Shown here: positions 1 to 11,992 of the stretch, piece after piece | How the letters are laid out: every line of letters starts with the position of its first letter | How positions within the stretch are numbered: the first letter of the stretch is position 1 | Assembly (NCBI RefSeq): GCF_001194135.2 | Contig: NC_068990.1 | Location: forward strand, 19,875,205-19,939,204 | DNA: 64,000 nt | From: Octopus bimaculoides | Lineage: Eukaryota | Direction: 5' to 3' | The notes under the pieces: model-generated | Told to the model about the DNA's origin: nothing | Databases searched by the model: none | Seen by the model: the letters and a program-made list of their open reading frames with translations, nothing else | Made by a program: the position numbers and the translations under genes

Positions 1-42
1 CTTAATTACTCGGTGTCTTATACGTCGAAATATACGAAACGA

Positions 43-707
43 TCTTTTGTCCTTTTCTAGTTTCAGTTGTTATACCGCGACCATGTTGGGACATATTGAC
101 GAAGGGTTTAGTCGAACAAATCGATCTCAATATCCCAATTTTTCAATCTGGCATTTGTTTTATCGTACTCTTAGGGCGAAACTGCCAAGTTAAAGGAACA
201 TAGAAAACCTCCACCGGTTTTTAGGATGGGATGTGGTAGGACAAGCACAAAGAAACACACACATTAATATATATACATGTGTGTGTGTGCGTGTATGTGT
301 ACATATATATATATATACACACAGTAATCCCTCGCCATATCGTGGTTCACATATTACAGTTCACCTACTGCGGTTTAATACTTAAGCTTACATCGAATCT
401 ACCATGGTGTTGTTTTGCATTTATAATAAAATTTATATATACAAAGTATAAAAAAAAAAAAAAGAAATGTACAGTACGGTGCAGTACAGTTTCTACTTCG
501 CGGATATTCACCTGTCGCGGGGTGTTTTGGGACGTAAAACCCGCGATAGTCGGGGGATTCCTATATATATATATATGTATGTGTGTNNNNNNNNNNTGCT
601 CTTAATTAAGTTAGAAGGCATTTGTTCAACCTGCCGCGCAAGTGTCGGAGACCATAACCACTTCGTTGCAAAGCAAAATTCTTAACTGCGCAATCATGCC
701 TGCGCCT
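43..707 (-). mobile_element. SINE family A (tRNA-like head, internal microsatellite, conserved tail), split by a MITE and a 10-N gap
   Basis: 43-255 is the diverged reverse complement of the tail at 21600-21795. 610-707 is the reverse complement of the head at 57881-57990 (aggcgcagg...). The (TA)n/(TG)n tract lies between them, as in the other copies. Confidence 0.6.
322..561. mobile_element. pogo/Tigger-type MITE (~240 bp) inserted in the SINE-A internal microsatellite
   Basis: Imperfect terminal inverted repeats: cagtaatccctcgccatatcgtgg (322) and ccgcgatagtcgggggattcc (541-561). Both ends abut TA/CA-dinucleotide runs. CAGT(A)-initial TIRs with TA targets are typical of Tigger/pogo MITEs. 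Confidence 0.65.
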
Positions 708-1913
708 AAATGTAATTCCACGTTTTAAATCTAAAGAGTTTCATTTGACGTGGATTTAGTTGCTCCTTCTTGTATGTCCTCGGCGAAATATATAATACAT
801 AGACAGTTAGTTACGTTTTAGTAGTTTTAATTAAAGCTATGCAACGCAGCGGATCCAGACTTTTGATGCATGTATGTTCTTCCATATACTAGAAAAGAAA
901 ACAAATCTCAAACCGATTTGGATATCACCCTAATGCCATTCATGCTACTGACAGCAACAGCAATATCTATATTATATTAATTCTACTACTTTTACTGTGC
1001 AAAACACTGGATAGTGCGAAACAGTGGCTAATGAAGACAGGTGCATTATGTTTGAAGAAAGAACGGAATAGAAAGGCAGGTGAGCTTTTAATCCTATATC
1101 GTAAAAGAACCAGAGCAACCGCAAGGTTTTTTTTTAATTCGTGACCCATATATTTTCCCTATAACTAAAACCATTGGTTCACCATATCTCCACGATATTT
1201 ATTAAATAAATACTATTAAAAAGAACATAACATTTCATTTTTCTGAAAGTATTTCATATTTCTTTTACAGTTTGAGTTTATTTATTCTTCAATAATGCAA
1301 TTTATATTCTGTATTAAAATGAAATATGAAAAATTGCAATGGAAATCTTCAAAAAAGTGTCTATAAATATGTATGTGTGTGTGTACGTATGTGTGTATGC
1401 ATGTGTACGCTTGCATGTGTGTCGGTATGCATATGCACACACACACAAATATATATATGTATATTATATTTGTATGCTTATATATGTGTATATGTGTTGT
1501 GTGCGTGTATGTATGTAGAACAAATTAAATAATAAGAAAATAGTCTTTATCACTCGATATTATCGATTATTTTTTTGAAAAAATTAATGTTTAAACGTTG
1601 GGTAAAAATGTTATAAAATGACATATATAGAAACATCTTATATACCGTTATGTTTTTCTTAAATTAGCCACAAGTAAAAAGATAATCAAATATATATTAA
1701 ATATACATATTGCTTGCATGTTAAAATACAGTGAATAATATATTTGCACTGGAAAAGAAACAGAAATAAAGAGACACGATCACTATATATATNNNNNNNN
1801 NNNNNNNNNNNNNNNNNNNNNNNNNNNNNNNNNNNNNNNNNNNNNNNNNNNNNNNNNNNNNNNNNNNNNNNNNNNNNNNNNNNNNNNNNNNNNNNNNNNN
1901 NNNNNNNNNNNNN

Positions 1914-2075
1914 AGATGTGGTTGTGTGGGAAGAAGCTAGCTTCTCAACCACGTGGTTCCGAGTGGCGGTTTAGGCAAGTGTCTTTCACTATAGCCTCGT
2001 TCCGACCAATGCCATGTGATTAGATTTGGCACACGGAAATTGTAAGAAGCCCGTCCTATATGAGTGTGTGTGCAT
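1914..2075 (+). mobile_element. SINE family A, 5' half
   Basis: gtggttgtgtgggaagaagctagcttctcaaccacgtggttccgag...ggcaagtgtctttcactatagcctcg...gatttggcacacggaaattgtaagaagcccgtc, then a microsatellite; aligns by eye to 57881-58030. Confidence 0.75.
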
Positions 2076-2303
2076 GTAATTTATTGTATTCAGTATTTAA
2101 ACTAAGAGCTACTAATAGTTTCACACAATAAAGACACTGAGATGAAGCAGATTTATATAATTCTACCTAATCTTAATGTCTCTATGATGAGAAGCTATTG
2201 GAAGCTATTATTTTAAACATGTGTGCATTAAATGATATTTATCCCTCACTGCATTGAGTACGCTTTTTGTTGATCCTAACTTAACGGAGCATGGAATGAT
2301 TAA

Positions 2304-2632
2304 GACGCTCTTCGATCATGAATAACCAAGGAATTTCACCTAGAAAATTTCCCCTCCGAGGCACAAGCCTGAATAAAGTTGTTTATGGAAGACCAGCAGT
2401 CGCCCATGCCTCTCCACGCCTCTCCTCTTCACGCCACTGATGTTATCCGAGGGAAAAGCAACGACCGATACAGTTTTGCACCAGTGACATCGCAACTCAT
2501 TTCTACAGCTGACTGAACTGCAGCAACGTGAAATAAGTGTCTTGCTCAAGAACACAACACAACGCACCGGTCTGGTAATCAAACTTACTGCTTCGTTATT
2601 TTAACCCTAACCACTATGTCATGCGCCTTCAC
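2304..2632 (-). mobile_element. SINE family D (tRNA-like head plus central ttgagcaagacacttatttcacgttgct-cagttcagtcagctgtagaaatgagttg domain)
   Basis: The reverse complement starts gtgaaggcgcatgacatagtggttaggg (A-box-like). The central domain is shared with 15960-16010. Confidence 0.7.
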
Positions 2633-3100
2633 CTTAACGGAAGAATATACTATATTTGTGTGTGTTTGTGAACGCGTGTGTGTGTGTGTCTAGCGTTATT
2701 TTCGTTTTCCAGTGTTTGCTTGTTATTGTTTAGCTTCAGAACAGCCTCGATCATGAAGATGTACGATCAAACTTCATATTTCTCTAAGTATATACGTTTT
2801 TCTACATTTCTGTTTCCTGTAAAGCTCTCTCCAATTTACTCGTTGTTGTTTCTCTTAACCACATCACCAATATTTATTGTGAGAATATTCACAGTAAATT
2901 TTTTCCACGCATCGATTTTATTTTTATATTACACAGACACTTTTTTAGCAATTTTTTTTTTACTTTTTGTCATTATATTTGTTTTGTCAAATGTTAAAAC
3001 CTAAATTTAACATTTTAAACTATGGATATTAAAATTTCCAATATTTTTTTAAATTTTGAATGATAAAAGTTAGCGGGAAACATATTATCAATAGCATTAT

Positions 3101-3228
3101 TAGGTCGAGTTTGCCTTTTTATCTGTTTGTAGTTGATAAAATAAGTACCAGTTTAGTACTGAGATCGATGTAATTGACTTACTCCGCACCAAAAATTGCT
3201 GGCCTTGTGGCAAAATTTGAAACCATTA
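3101..3228 (+). mobile_element. SINE family B, 3' half
   Basis: ggtcgagtttgccttttatc...gataaaataagtaccag...gatcgatgtaattgactta...ggccttgtggcaaaatttgaaacc matches the core and tail of the other B copies. Confidence 0.75.
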
Positions 3229-3627
3229 TTAGAATGTAAGTTTTAAGCATACGTAAAATTCTTTTGAGCTTCGTTTTCGAAGTATATATAAAGCTATAAA
3301 TAATAGTATATGAACAGACGGTTGGAAAATCTTTTGGGATATAAAATGACCGAAGAAAGCACGTTGGACACGAACTCATATCTTCTGCAGACATGACAGA
3401 CGTATTAACACTGAACAAAAGTAATCTTTCGTATTTCTCAACACATTTTAGAAACTGAATCCTTACAAGGGAAAATTGTACGTTTCTGCCATAAGAATTT
3501 ATAAACTTTCGGGTAAACGTGATATAATTCCTTTCTGGTTTCTGTTTTCGAAGAACATATAAGATTGAAAATAATGGTTTCACATTTTGGGACAGAACAC
3601 GCAGTTTTGAGGGTAAGGAGAAGCCAA

Positions 3628-3725
3628 ATATATCGACCCCAGTTCTTGGCTTGTTCTTGTGTATTGACACTGAAAGTATGAAAGGCAAAGTCGATGTCGG
3701 CGCACTTAAACTAAAAACATAGAAG
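3628..3725 (-). mobile_element. SINE family B fragment
   Basis: atatcgaccccag...gaaagtatgaaaggcaaagtcgatgtcggcg is the reverse complement of the B core. Confidence 0.65.
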
Positions 3726-3919
3726 CGTTACGTCTGTCTGCACGTTCTGTTTTAAAATTCTGTCGAGGTCCACTTTTTCTTTCCTCCTGTCCGTGTCGAT
3801 AAAATATATATTATACTGAACACTGTTGCCGATGTAGACGACTTTCCACTGCCCCGAAATTTCTGCTCGTGTATCAAATGCCGAAACCATTTATATGTGC
3901 GAGTGTATGTGTGTGTGAC

Positions 3920-3995
3920 TGTGTAGATAGATAGAGAGACAGACAAACAGACAGAAGAATGACAGACAGGTATATATATATATATATATATATAT

Positions 3996-4048
<53 letters not shown>

Positions 4049-4135
4049 CTGATAGAATAATAGATAGATAGATAGATAGATAGATGGACAGACAGATAGA
4101 TAGTAGGTAGACAAATAGACAGACAGACAGATAGA
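3920..4135. repeat. compound microsatellite (GACA)n/(TA)n/(GA)n/(GATA)n
   Basis: Read directly from the sequence. Confidence 0.95.
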
Positions 4136-4409
4136 ATACGAGATATCCGATTCTGTATTGATTTTTAATGTTTAGCATATGTAATTTGTTCTATCTATTT
4201 ATTAGTTCGGTTGTTTGGCTTCGTTTGGTTTGGCTTCGTTTGGTAGCAAATATATAAACTGGTTAAAATTTAGAATATCGATACACTAGACATGTCTAGC
4301 TATCAAATTAACTTCGTATATTGCTTCTTAGGTAAGAATTGGGAAAGCTGATGGAATGACATTAATAAAAACAAGATCTGAGTTTACGTAAACCGTTTGA
4401 ATATTGTGT

Positions 4410-4768
4410 TATAGACACGTGTACGCTTAACGTAGTTCTCGGGGATATTCAGCGGGACACAGTGTGACAAGGCTGACCATTTGAACAACAGACACAACAG
4501 AAACAGGAAGTAAGAGTGAGAGAAAGTTGTGGTGAAAGACTACAGTAAGGTTCGCCACCATCCCCTGGCGGAGCCTCGTGGTGCTTTAGGTGTTTTCGCT
4601 CAATAAACACTCACAACGCCCGGTCTGGGAATCGAAACCGCGATCCTATGACCGCGNNNNNNNNNNTTTCGCTCAATAAACACTCACAACGCCCGGTCTG
4701 GGAATCGAAACCGCGATCCTATGACCGCGAGTCCGCTACCCTAACCACTGGGCCATTGCGCTACCACT
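4410..4768 (-). mobile_element. SINE family C (tRNA-like head), with an assembly duplication across the 10-N gap
   Basis: The reverse complement starts gtggtagcgcaatggcccagtggttagggtagcggactcgcggtcataggatcgcggtttcgattcccagacc (A- and B-box-like). About 62 bp before the gap recur after it. Confidence 0.85.
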
Positions 4769-4879
4769 TTATATATATATATATATATATATCTCAATTC
4801 CCTCTCTCAGGAATTGGGAACAGTATACTGTATCGTTTGTGCCGGAAGCTCCAATAGAAACATTGGAGAACGTTTGCGT

Positions 4880-5170
4880 GTCAATCGGATGAGAATGCAG
4901 AGGATTCGGATACATAAGAATCAAACATCCAGTCAGCATCATTGTGTTTGGAGTGATCACTAGTGATGGCTACGTTATGCTTCCATTCATCTTCCCACTG
5001 GGCCTCGCACTCAACACGGAGGCCTACATCAAGTGCCAGGAGGCGACAGTGCTGCCCTGAGTCACGAGGGTGGCTGGTGGAACACGCTATGTCTAGCAAG
5101 AGGACTCTGCTCCATGCCACAAATACAGGAGAACCAGGCATGGCTGTCAGACTATTTCTGTGACCACTAT
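4880..5170 (+). mobile_element. Tc1/mariner-superfamily transposase relic (maT/DD37D-like catalytic region)
   Basis: My translation from 4920: IKHPVSIIVFGVITSDGYVMLPFIFPLGLALNTEAYIKCQEATVLP*VTRVAGGTRYV*QEDSAPCHKYRRT, then after a frameshift AWLSDYF. This matches the VMVWG...QQDSAPAH pattern of Tc1/maT transposases. Two stops and one frameshift. Confidence 0.85.
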
Positions 5171-5179
5171 CCACACAAC

Positions 5180-6550
5180 CCTTGCTAGAGCACTTTCGTG
5201 GACCATGCATCTGCTCTCTCTCCCTGTACCTGCCTCGCCACTGCCCGTCTCTCGTTTCGCCTCACCTACAATCCCTCCACCGCACCATTCTTCGAGCCCT
5301 CCGGCGAGTATTGTGTGACCTCAACCCCTCGAATATCATCCCCAACCTACCCCTTCTCTCCTTCAAACTAGCCCACAACCTGCGTGACCCCCCAGTTAAT
5401 AGTTTCTTCCCTAACCACACCTCCCTGCCATGCTCGTTCTCCTGCTTCCTCCCACGCTGTCGCACTTGTCTCTACCTCTCGAATATAACCATCCTCACAG
5501 GTGCCCATCATCGCCTTTACCTTCACTTCTAGGAACGTCATTTACTCTATCTTCTGCTCTTTTTGCCCTTCTCTGTACATCGGTCGAACGGGATGCCAGT
5601 TGGCTGATTGGTTCAAAGAGCACCTCAGAGAAATTAGACTTGACAATGACACCCCGGTCTTGTGCCATTTCTGCCCTAACGGTCATTCGTTACAACACCT
5701 GTCTGTGTTTGGATTATCTTTGCATAGAGACCATCCGGACTCCCGCCTTCACAGTGAACAAGAATTTATCTTCTCTCTTCGCGCCACATGGGCTCAACTA
5801 CCTCCTTTCTTCATCTGATTGCCCTCCTCTCCTCTCTTCATCTTACACCTACTTCTTTTCTTCACTTCTACCCACCTCTCCTCTCCTCCTCTCACACCCA
5901 CTCCCTCTCTTCACTCCTACCCACCTTCTTTCTTCATTGGGACCCCGTCCGCCCACCCGACCTCACTCCTACATACCCAACCCCTACACCCACATCCTCA
6001 CCCACACCCTCACCCACAGCCACATCCTCACCAACAAACTCACACCACACCCATAACCTACGCACCTACCCACACCCACTCCCACAGCACACCACTCAGC
6101 ACACACTAGCATTGACCACTTCCAAGTATCCACAGCATACACCATCATCACACCCACACACATTTACACACGCAGACACACTTACACACGCACACATCCA
6201 CACACGTCAAAATCACTAGCCTCTATCCAAACACATATTTACACATTCTCTCTCACATACACACACACTACGCGCATCTCCGTTTTATGATGACCAATAC
6301 TTTATTATCTCCCCTTCTTTCTACCGCCTATCAAACCTTTTTCCCGAAACAGTCGCCATGCTTGATCGCTAAATTCACACATTTTTCTTTTTATTTTTTC
6401 TCTGTTTATTTTCTCTTATTCATTTTTGTTGAAGAGCGTACGCTCCAAACGTAAAATACTTTCTCACTTTCTCGAGTGTCAGACTAATACACCTGCTTGT
6501 TGCTCTTACATCTGTCTTCGTCTTTTGTTTTTCTGTAAATTTCAACTATA
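5180..6550 (+). mobile_element. Penelope-like element 3' fragment: RT-EN linker with CxxC, GIY-YIG endonuclease, C/A-rich UTR and terminal repeat region
   Basis: ORFs 5182-5532 (LPLLSFKLAHNLRD...PRCRTC) and 5501-5818 (SRNVIYSIFCSFCPSLYIGRTG..L.D.FKEHLREIR...PVLCHF..GHS...EQEFIFSL) fit the PLE GIY-YIG domain (VIY-x-YIG), frameshifted. A pyrimidine/CA-rich tract follows at 5820-6260. Confidence 0.9.
6423..6456 (+). ncRNA. degenerate minimal hammerhead-like motif at the PLE 3' end
   Basis: ttt-tTGtTGAA-GAGC(gtac)GCTC-cAAAC-GTA-aaa. Stem II and the ACGT stem-III palindrome are intact, but three catalytic-core positions deviate (C3, A6, G12). Confidence 0.35.
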
Positions 6551-6551
6551 T

Positions 6552-7372
6552 NNNNNNNNNNNNNNNNNNNNNNNNNNNNNNNNNNNNNNNNNNNNNNNNN
6601 NNNNNNNNNNNNNNNNNNNNNNNNNNNNNNNNNNNNNNNNNNNNNNNNNNNNNNNNNNNNNNNNNNNNNNNNNNNNNNNNNNNNNNNNNNNNNNNNNNNN
6701 NNNNNNNNNNNNNNNNNNNNNNNNNNNNNNNNNNNNNNNNNNNNNNNNNNNNNNNNNNNNNNNNNNNNNNNNNNNNNNNNNNNNNNNNNNNNNNNNNNNN
6801 NNNNNNNNNNNNNNNNNNNNNNNNNNNNNNNNNNNNNNNNNNNNNNNNNNNNNNNNNNNNNNNNNNNNNNNNNNNNNNNNNNNNNNNNNNNNNNNNNNNN
6901 NNNNNNNNNNNNNNNNNNNNNNNNNNNNNNNNNNNNNNNNNNNNNNNNNNNNNNNNNNNNNNNNNNNNNNNNNNNNNNNNNNNNNNNNNNNNNNNNNNNN
7001 NNNNNNNNNNNNNNNNNNNNNNNNNNNNNNNNNNNNNNNNNNNNNNNNNNNNNNNNNNNNNNNNNNNNNNNNNNNNNNNNNNNNNNNNNNNNNNNNNNNN
7101 NNNNNNNNNNNNNNNNNNNNNNNNNNNNNNNNNNNNNNNNNNNNNNNNNNNNNNNNNNNNNNNNNNNNNNNNNNNNNNNNNNNNNNNNNNNNNNNNNNNN
7201 NNNNNNNNNNNNNNNNNNNNNNNNNNNNNNNNNNNNNNNNNNNNNNNNNNNNNNNNNNNNNNNNNNNNNNNNNNNNNNNNNNNNNNNNNNNNNNNNNNNN
7301 NNNNNNNNNNNNNNNNNNNNNNNNNNNNNNNNNNNNNNNNNNNNNNNNNNNNNNNNNNNNNNNNNNNNNNNN
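6552..7372. other. assembly gap (one of 12 N-runs; others start near 587, 1793, 4657, 7926, 24269, 25804, 27959, 46432, 49152, 52126, 61276)
   Basis: N-runs, most bounded by (TA)n or (TG)n, consistent with a short-read assembly breaking at microsatellites. Confidence 0.98.
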
Positions 7373-7893
7373 ATATATATATATATATATATATATATAC
7401 GCACATACATACATATTCATACATGTGTGTGTGTGTGTGTGTGTCTGTGTGTGTATGCATGTGTGTAATGTGCATCCTCACACACTAATATATAATCATG
7501 TCAAAGTAGTCAATAAAAATGAAACAAAAATATATATGAAAACTAAGAGATAATGGAAGAAAGCAACGCATATATTCTATTGTTCAAAGAACGCATTGCA
7601 AGAGCTATTGTAATCTTGGCTTAAATTGATTGTGTTTTTCTGTTTTATAACTTTCTATCTGAAATCCCTTTATTCTGAAATAATAATGCTTAATCAATAA
7701 AATCTATATTATCTGTCAATATTTTTTCAAGAATATGTTGTATGTATACGTGTCTATCCATGCACTGATATATTGATATATACATACATCCATACATTTA
7801 CATGTGCAGATGTATATGTATGGATATATATATGTACATATATACATACATACATACACACACACACACATATATATATATATGTATGTGTGT

Positions 7894-7925
<32 letters not shown>

Positions 7926-8217
7926 NNNNNNNNNNNNNNNNNNNNNNNNNNNNNNNNNNNNNNNNNNNNNNNNNNNNNNNNNNNNNNNNNNNNNNNNNNN
8001 NNNNNNNNNNNNNNNNNNNNNNNNNNNNNNNNNNNNNNNNNNNNNNNNNNNNNNNNNNNNNNNNNNNNNNNNNNNNNNNNNNNNNNNNNNNNNNNNNNNN
8101 NNNNNNNNNNNNNNNNNNNNNNNNNNNNNNNNNNNNNNNNNNNNNNNNNNNNNNNNNNNNNNNNNNNNNNNNNNNNNNNNNNNNNNNNNNNNNNNNNNNN
8201 NNNNNNNNNNNNNNNNN

Positions 8218-8251
<34 letters not shown>

Positions 8252-8759
8252 ATCTATGTATGCCTGGATATTGAATATTTCATATCATCTGCATTATTGA
8301 CATGCAAGATGAGTCGCTGGAAGCATCAAACTACAATATTGACCTTTTTTCAAATGCTATGCTAACTCCGAATAATAAAGCAATAAAACTTATTATTACT
8401 ATTATTTTTGTTATTATTCTTATTTTTATTATTGATATTTTTCTTTTTCTTCTTATTATTATTGCATTATCAGCATGACGCCGATTGAGTTCACTCTTAT
8501 TTTTATAGATTGTAAACTGGGTTTTAGAAAGCTTACTGCCAAATTGTGCGTTCTATTTTGATGCTAAGAAGAAAAGCATTCTGTGGAATTGGTCAGTTGA
8601 CATTTTGTTTATATTTCAAACATAAAAAATTTTGATAAAATATCAAAACAACTTCCCATAGAAATCTTTCAATATGATACCAGTCGTAAGGAAATCATAT
8701 TTGAAGAAGCAGTGCTGACGCTTCTTTACGTGTGCGGTTATAATCCAAATCATCAACAA

Positions 8760-9110
8760 TCGTCCTACGAGAAAAGTAATGAAAAGAACAACAATTGAAT
8801 AAACAATCACAAGATACCAAGCATGACCACTGTCAACGGCACCATTATAATACGTGGGCGTATCCGGACCAACAAGACCATATTCATACGGTCGACGCTA
8901 AGTTCCACAATCATAGCTGCACCACTCCTGCTACCTCTACTATATCAACTGTCTTCATTGCTTCCACTGCCTCCACTTCCTATGCAATTATTAACAATTA
9001 CCATAACAACAAACACCACCATTGCTATTATTCGCACCACTATTGTTAGATCATTGCTGTTACATCATTGTTGAGTTCATTTTCCGTAACACCAACACAA
9101 ACACCACAAA
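8760..9110. repeat. decayed ACC/ACT/AAC trinucleotide low-complexity tract
   Basis: Imperfect triplet periodicity; gives Thr/His/Ile-rich junk ORFs. Confidence 0.7.
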
Positions 9111-10334
9111 ATATAGTCATATAACAGCGCCATTTATTACTGAACTAATGGGGCATAATTGCTCGTGCCTAGTCTATCCAAATTGGTCCGGATGTCCAAG
9201 AAAAAATATATTTTAGTCTTTGTCTTCTTAACAACAGTATATTTTAAATATAATTACCGGCGATATGAAACGTTTTATAGAGAAAACAAATGCAGGAAAA
9301 CTACTATATCCATAATACATGTGACTCTACCACAAACTATTTTCGAGGCTCGTGAGGAAATGTACATATCTAATACCTGGGCTACAAAAGCAACATATAT
9401 AGAATTAATCAAAGGACATACTAAGTATCTCTACCGGTTTGAAATAACAGCCAAAACTCGTTATTAAATCGCCAAAAAATACACTGGTGATTACTACAGA
9501 AATCAAACGTCAAATTTGGTTAAGACAATCTACTTACATACATTTAAGTGTATGGATTTACGTGAATTAGTTTCTGCATCGGCATTATATGCCTTAGCTT
9601 CTTCAGCACGCATTACCAGGAAAGCGATTCCCAACCTATTCTTCCGAAATCTGTGCCGCTACTGATTCGTTTCGCGCCGAAACCACAGAAGCTTCCCAGT
9701 GTAAAATAATCTCGTTACAGAATTACGAGAAAAATAAATTTATTAAAAATTGATTTACAAAGGTACCGTTAATTCTATTATTATCCAATGTCACTAGTGG
9801 AAACACTGAAAAGTTTGGCAGCCATTGGTATAGATGTATGAATCTTATTTACTATGCATACAGAGTTTATTTATATCTAAATTTATTTAATTACAAAGAA
9901 AACATATTCAACTTTAGAAACTTAGGTATTATTGTATTATTCATACAGTATTTATTTAAATTTATTCAAATTCAATAAATATAATTCTTTTAACTTTATG
10001 AATAGACAAGAAATCGCTTTCGCTCTAATTAGTAGTGTAATTTATTTAGGTATATTAGTTGATGGTTTGGGTTCCTACATTATTTCTCAATTTAATTAAT
10101 AGTGTAGAGGCACAATGTTTAGGTAGCATATACTTGGTGTTCAATTCTTTAACTAAATCTATTCAAAAACAACGAAAGTATATTCAACTTTAATAATTAC
10201 TCCTATGTATAATTTTATTATTCACTCAATTTCTATTTAATTATATGCATTTCAATCTATTCAAATTTATTAGATGTATATTTAACCCTATGCACACAGT
10301 AAAAACCTCTTTCTTTCTTATTGTTTAATAATTT

Positions 10335-10570
10335 GTTTTCATGTAGGGATTTCATACAGTTCATCTATACAGAGTTTACATCTTTTGTTCACAACGCTAT
10401 AAGATTTTTCCCGGCTAATTATTTCCAATCTAAGTGTAAGTTCCTTATTTTTATCATTAATTGTCAAAATTAGTTTACTAAAATTAGTGTTTGCTTCTTT
10501 TCGTCTATCCCAAAAAGTGTTTTCATGGTTCGCAATCATTCTTTTTATATAATTTTCAAACCATCATAGC
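10335..10570 (-). mobile_element. Penelope-like GIY-YIG C-terminal relic (different family from 5180-6550)
   Basis: ENYIKRMIANHENTFWDRRKEANTNFSKLILTINDKNKELTLRLEIISREKSYSVVNKRCKLCIDELYEI fits the PLE endonuclease tail pattern RF.NHK.SF....T.LSK.IW.LK...I.W.I.....Y....KRC.LC..EK..I. Confidence 0.7.
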
Positions 10571-11992
10571 AGAAGCGCGGCGAATCAGCACAAGTGACCT
10601 CCAAAGCAGAACTCTTTCAATTTGGTGGTATTGGATGTATTGTCTATTGTCTATTATGAGCTTCTATCCACAGATAGGACCATGAATTCTGATGTGTGTT
10701 ACGACTAGCAGAGGACCACGTAGAGTATCCGAGACTTGCTAATCGTAAGGGCATACTGGGAATACTTCTGGCAAGTATTGTAGCATTCTCCAGAGTGGCG
10801 CAACCTTCTATCTTCAGTTTCCCACCAGCTTCAGTATCTCTAAAATTCCTTGAAGGTACAGACCGTTACCTCTATAGAGAAAAATGCACATAGAAGAGCG
10901 TTTCGTTAGTAAAGACAGAAAATCCTCTCAGCTGAAAATATTGGATAACAAAACATCCTGCAACGAAACAATAATTATATCGTCGATTCAATAACCTGCT
11001 TTGTATTTAAAATGTTTTATTTTCGCTTAAAAATGAAGAGAAACGCTTTGTCCAACTCAATATTTATCATTTTCTGAAAATGCATGATTATATTATAATT
11101 TGATGCTAATTAAGGCATTGTGTGTATTGTGACTCGCGTAAATGTTACTTTCTGATTCTGCACATTGTATATTACATTTTGCTTTTCCTATTACTCCATA
11201 TATGGACAGAAATCTGGAGAAATGTTGCATAATTTTCTAGCGTAAGTATATATTGTAACCAAGCCAGGATTTGCTTCATCGTAAGAAGTAGTGCAGTTAA
11301 TGAAATTGAAGAACTTAAAATCGTTAGGGAAATATATTAAATTCAAAAGAATCGATAGAAAATTTCTATCCACGTATTCAATAAAAACTAAAATGTGAAA
11401 GAAAGTAAAAAATAAAAGAAAAGAAAATAATGGTGAATGCAAAAGAAAAGGAAACTTAGAAAATCAGCTAATAACAAAAAACAAAAAGCATATTTACTTT
11501 TACAATATTCAGCTAGGAAGAGGGATTTTGTGCTAGTCTTCAAAGTAAGATATTTGATAGATCCCATTTTCCACCTTTCTAGTTTTTCTGTCTTGTGCTT
11601 CCTTGTCGTATTTAAGTAAAATTCTTTGAAGTCATCTTAGAATATTTCTCAGTTGGCATATTTCTAAGTCTGGAATATAATCCTCACAGGATCTTAAATG
11701 AAGGAAATAAAGAAATAGTGAAACATCAAAAATACACAAAATCAACTTTTCAAATAAATGCATAGATAAAGTAGAAAACGAGAAAACTTCTGTGTCTGTG
11801 GAATGCAATACTTTTTACTGTACAGAATTTATAAAATATTTCCATAAGCAACGTAAAAATAACTCTCATACGCAGAAAATCAGAAGATTTGAAAGATACG
11901 ATGTAGCCGAGATTCCCCTCTCATGCATAACTTGTAAATATCATCCAATACAAGAAAGATAACAGGTTATTTTTGTTAAGATTCTCCCTTTA

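Noticed and set aside
4595-4728. Apparent 62-bp tandem duplication in SINE C
   Set aside because: The copies are identical and separated by a 10-N placeholder, typical of unmerged contig overlap.
5430-6219. Pro/His/Thr-rich ORFs of 96-208 aa
   Set aside because: They are alternative frames of the Penelope endonuclease region and its stop-poor CA-rich UTR.
6426-7553. Long ORFs of 150-410 aa in the ORF track spanning N-runs (also near 7773, 27765, 46213, 51903, 61050)
   Set aside because: They are open only because N codons are not stops; the flanks translate (TA)n/(TG)n microsatellites.
9538-9625. Minus-strand MRAEEAKAYNADAETNSRKSIHLNV ending at a GTAAGT donor, as a first coding exon
   Set aside because: It is short, has no recognisable homolog and no identifiable downstream exon, so it cannot be supported from sequence alone.
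10870-10957. Minus-strand segment with good acceptor and donor sites
   Set aside because: All three frames contain stops; it could only be a non-coding exon, and there is no evidence for that.
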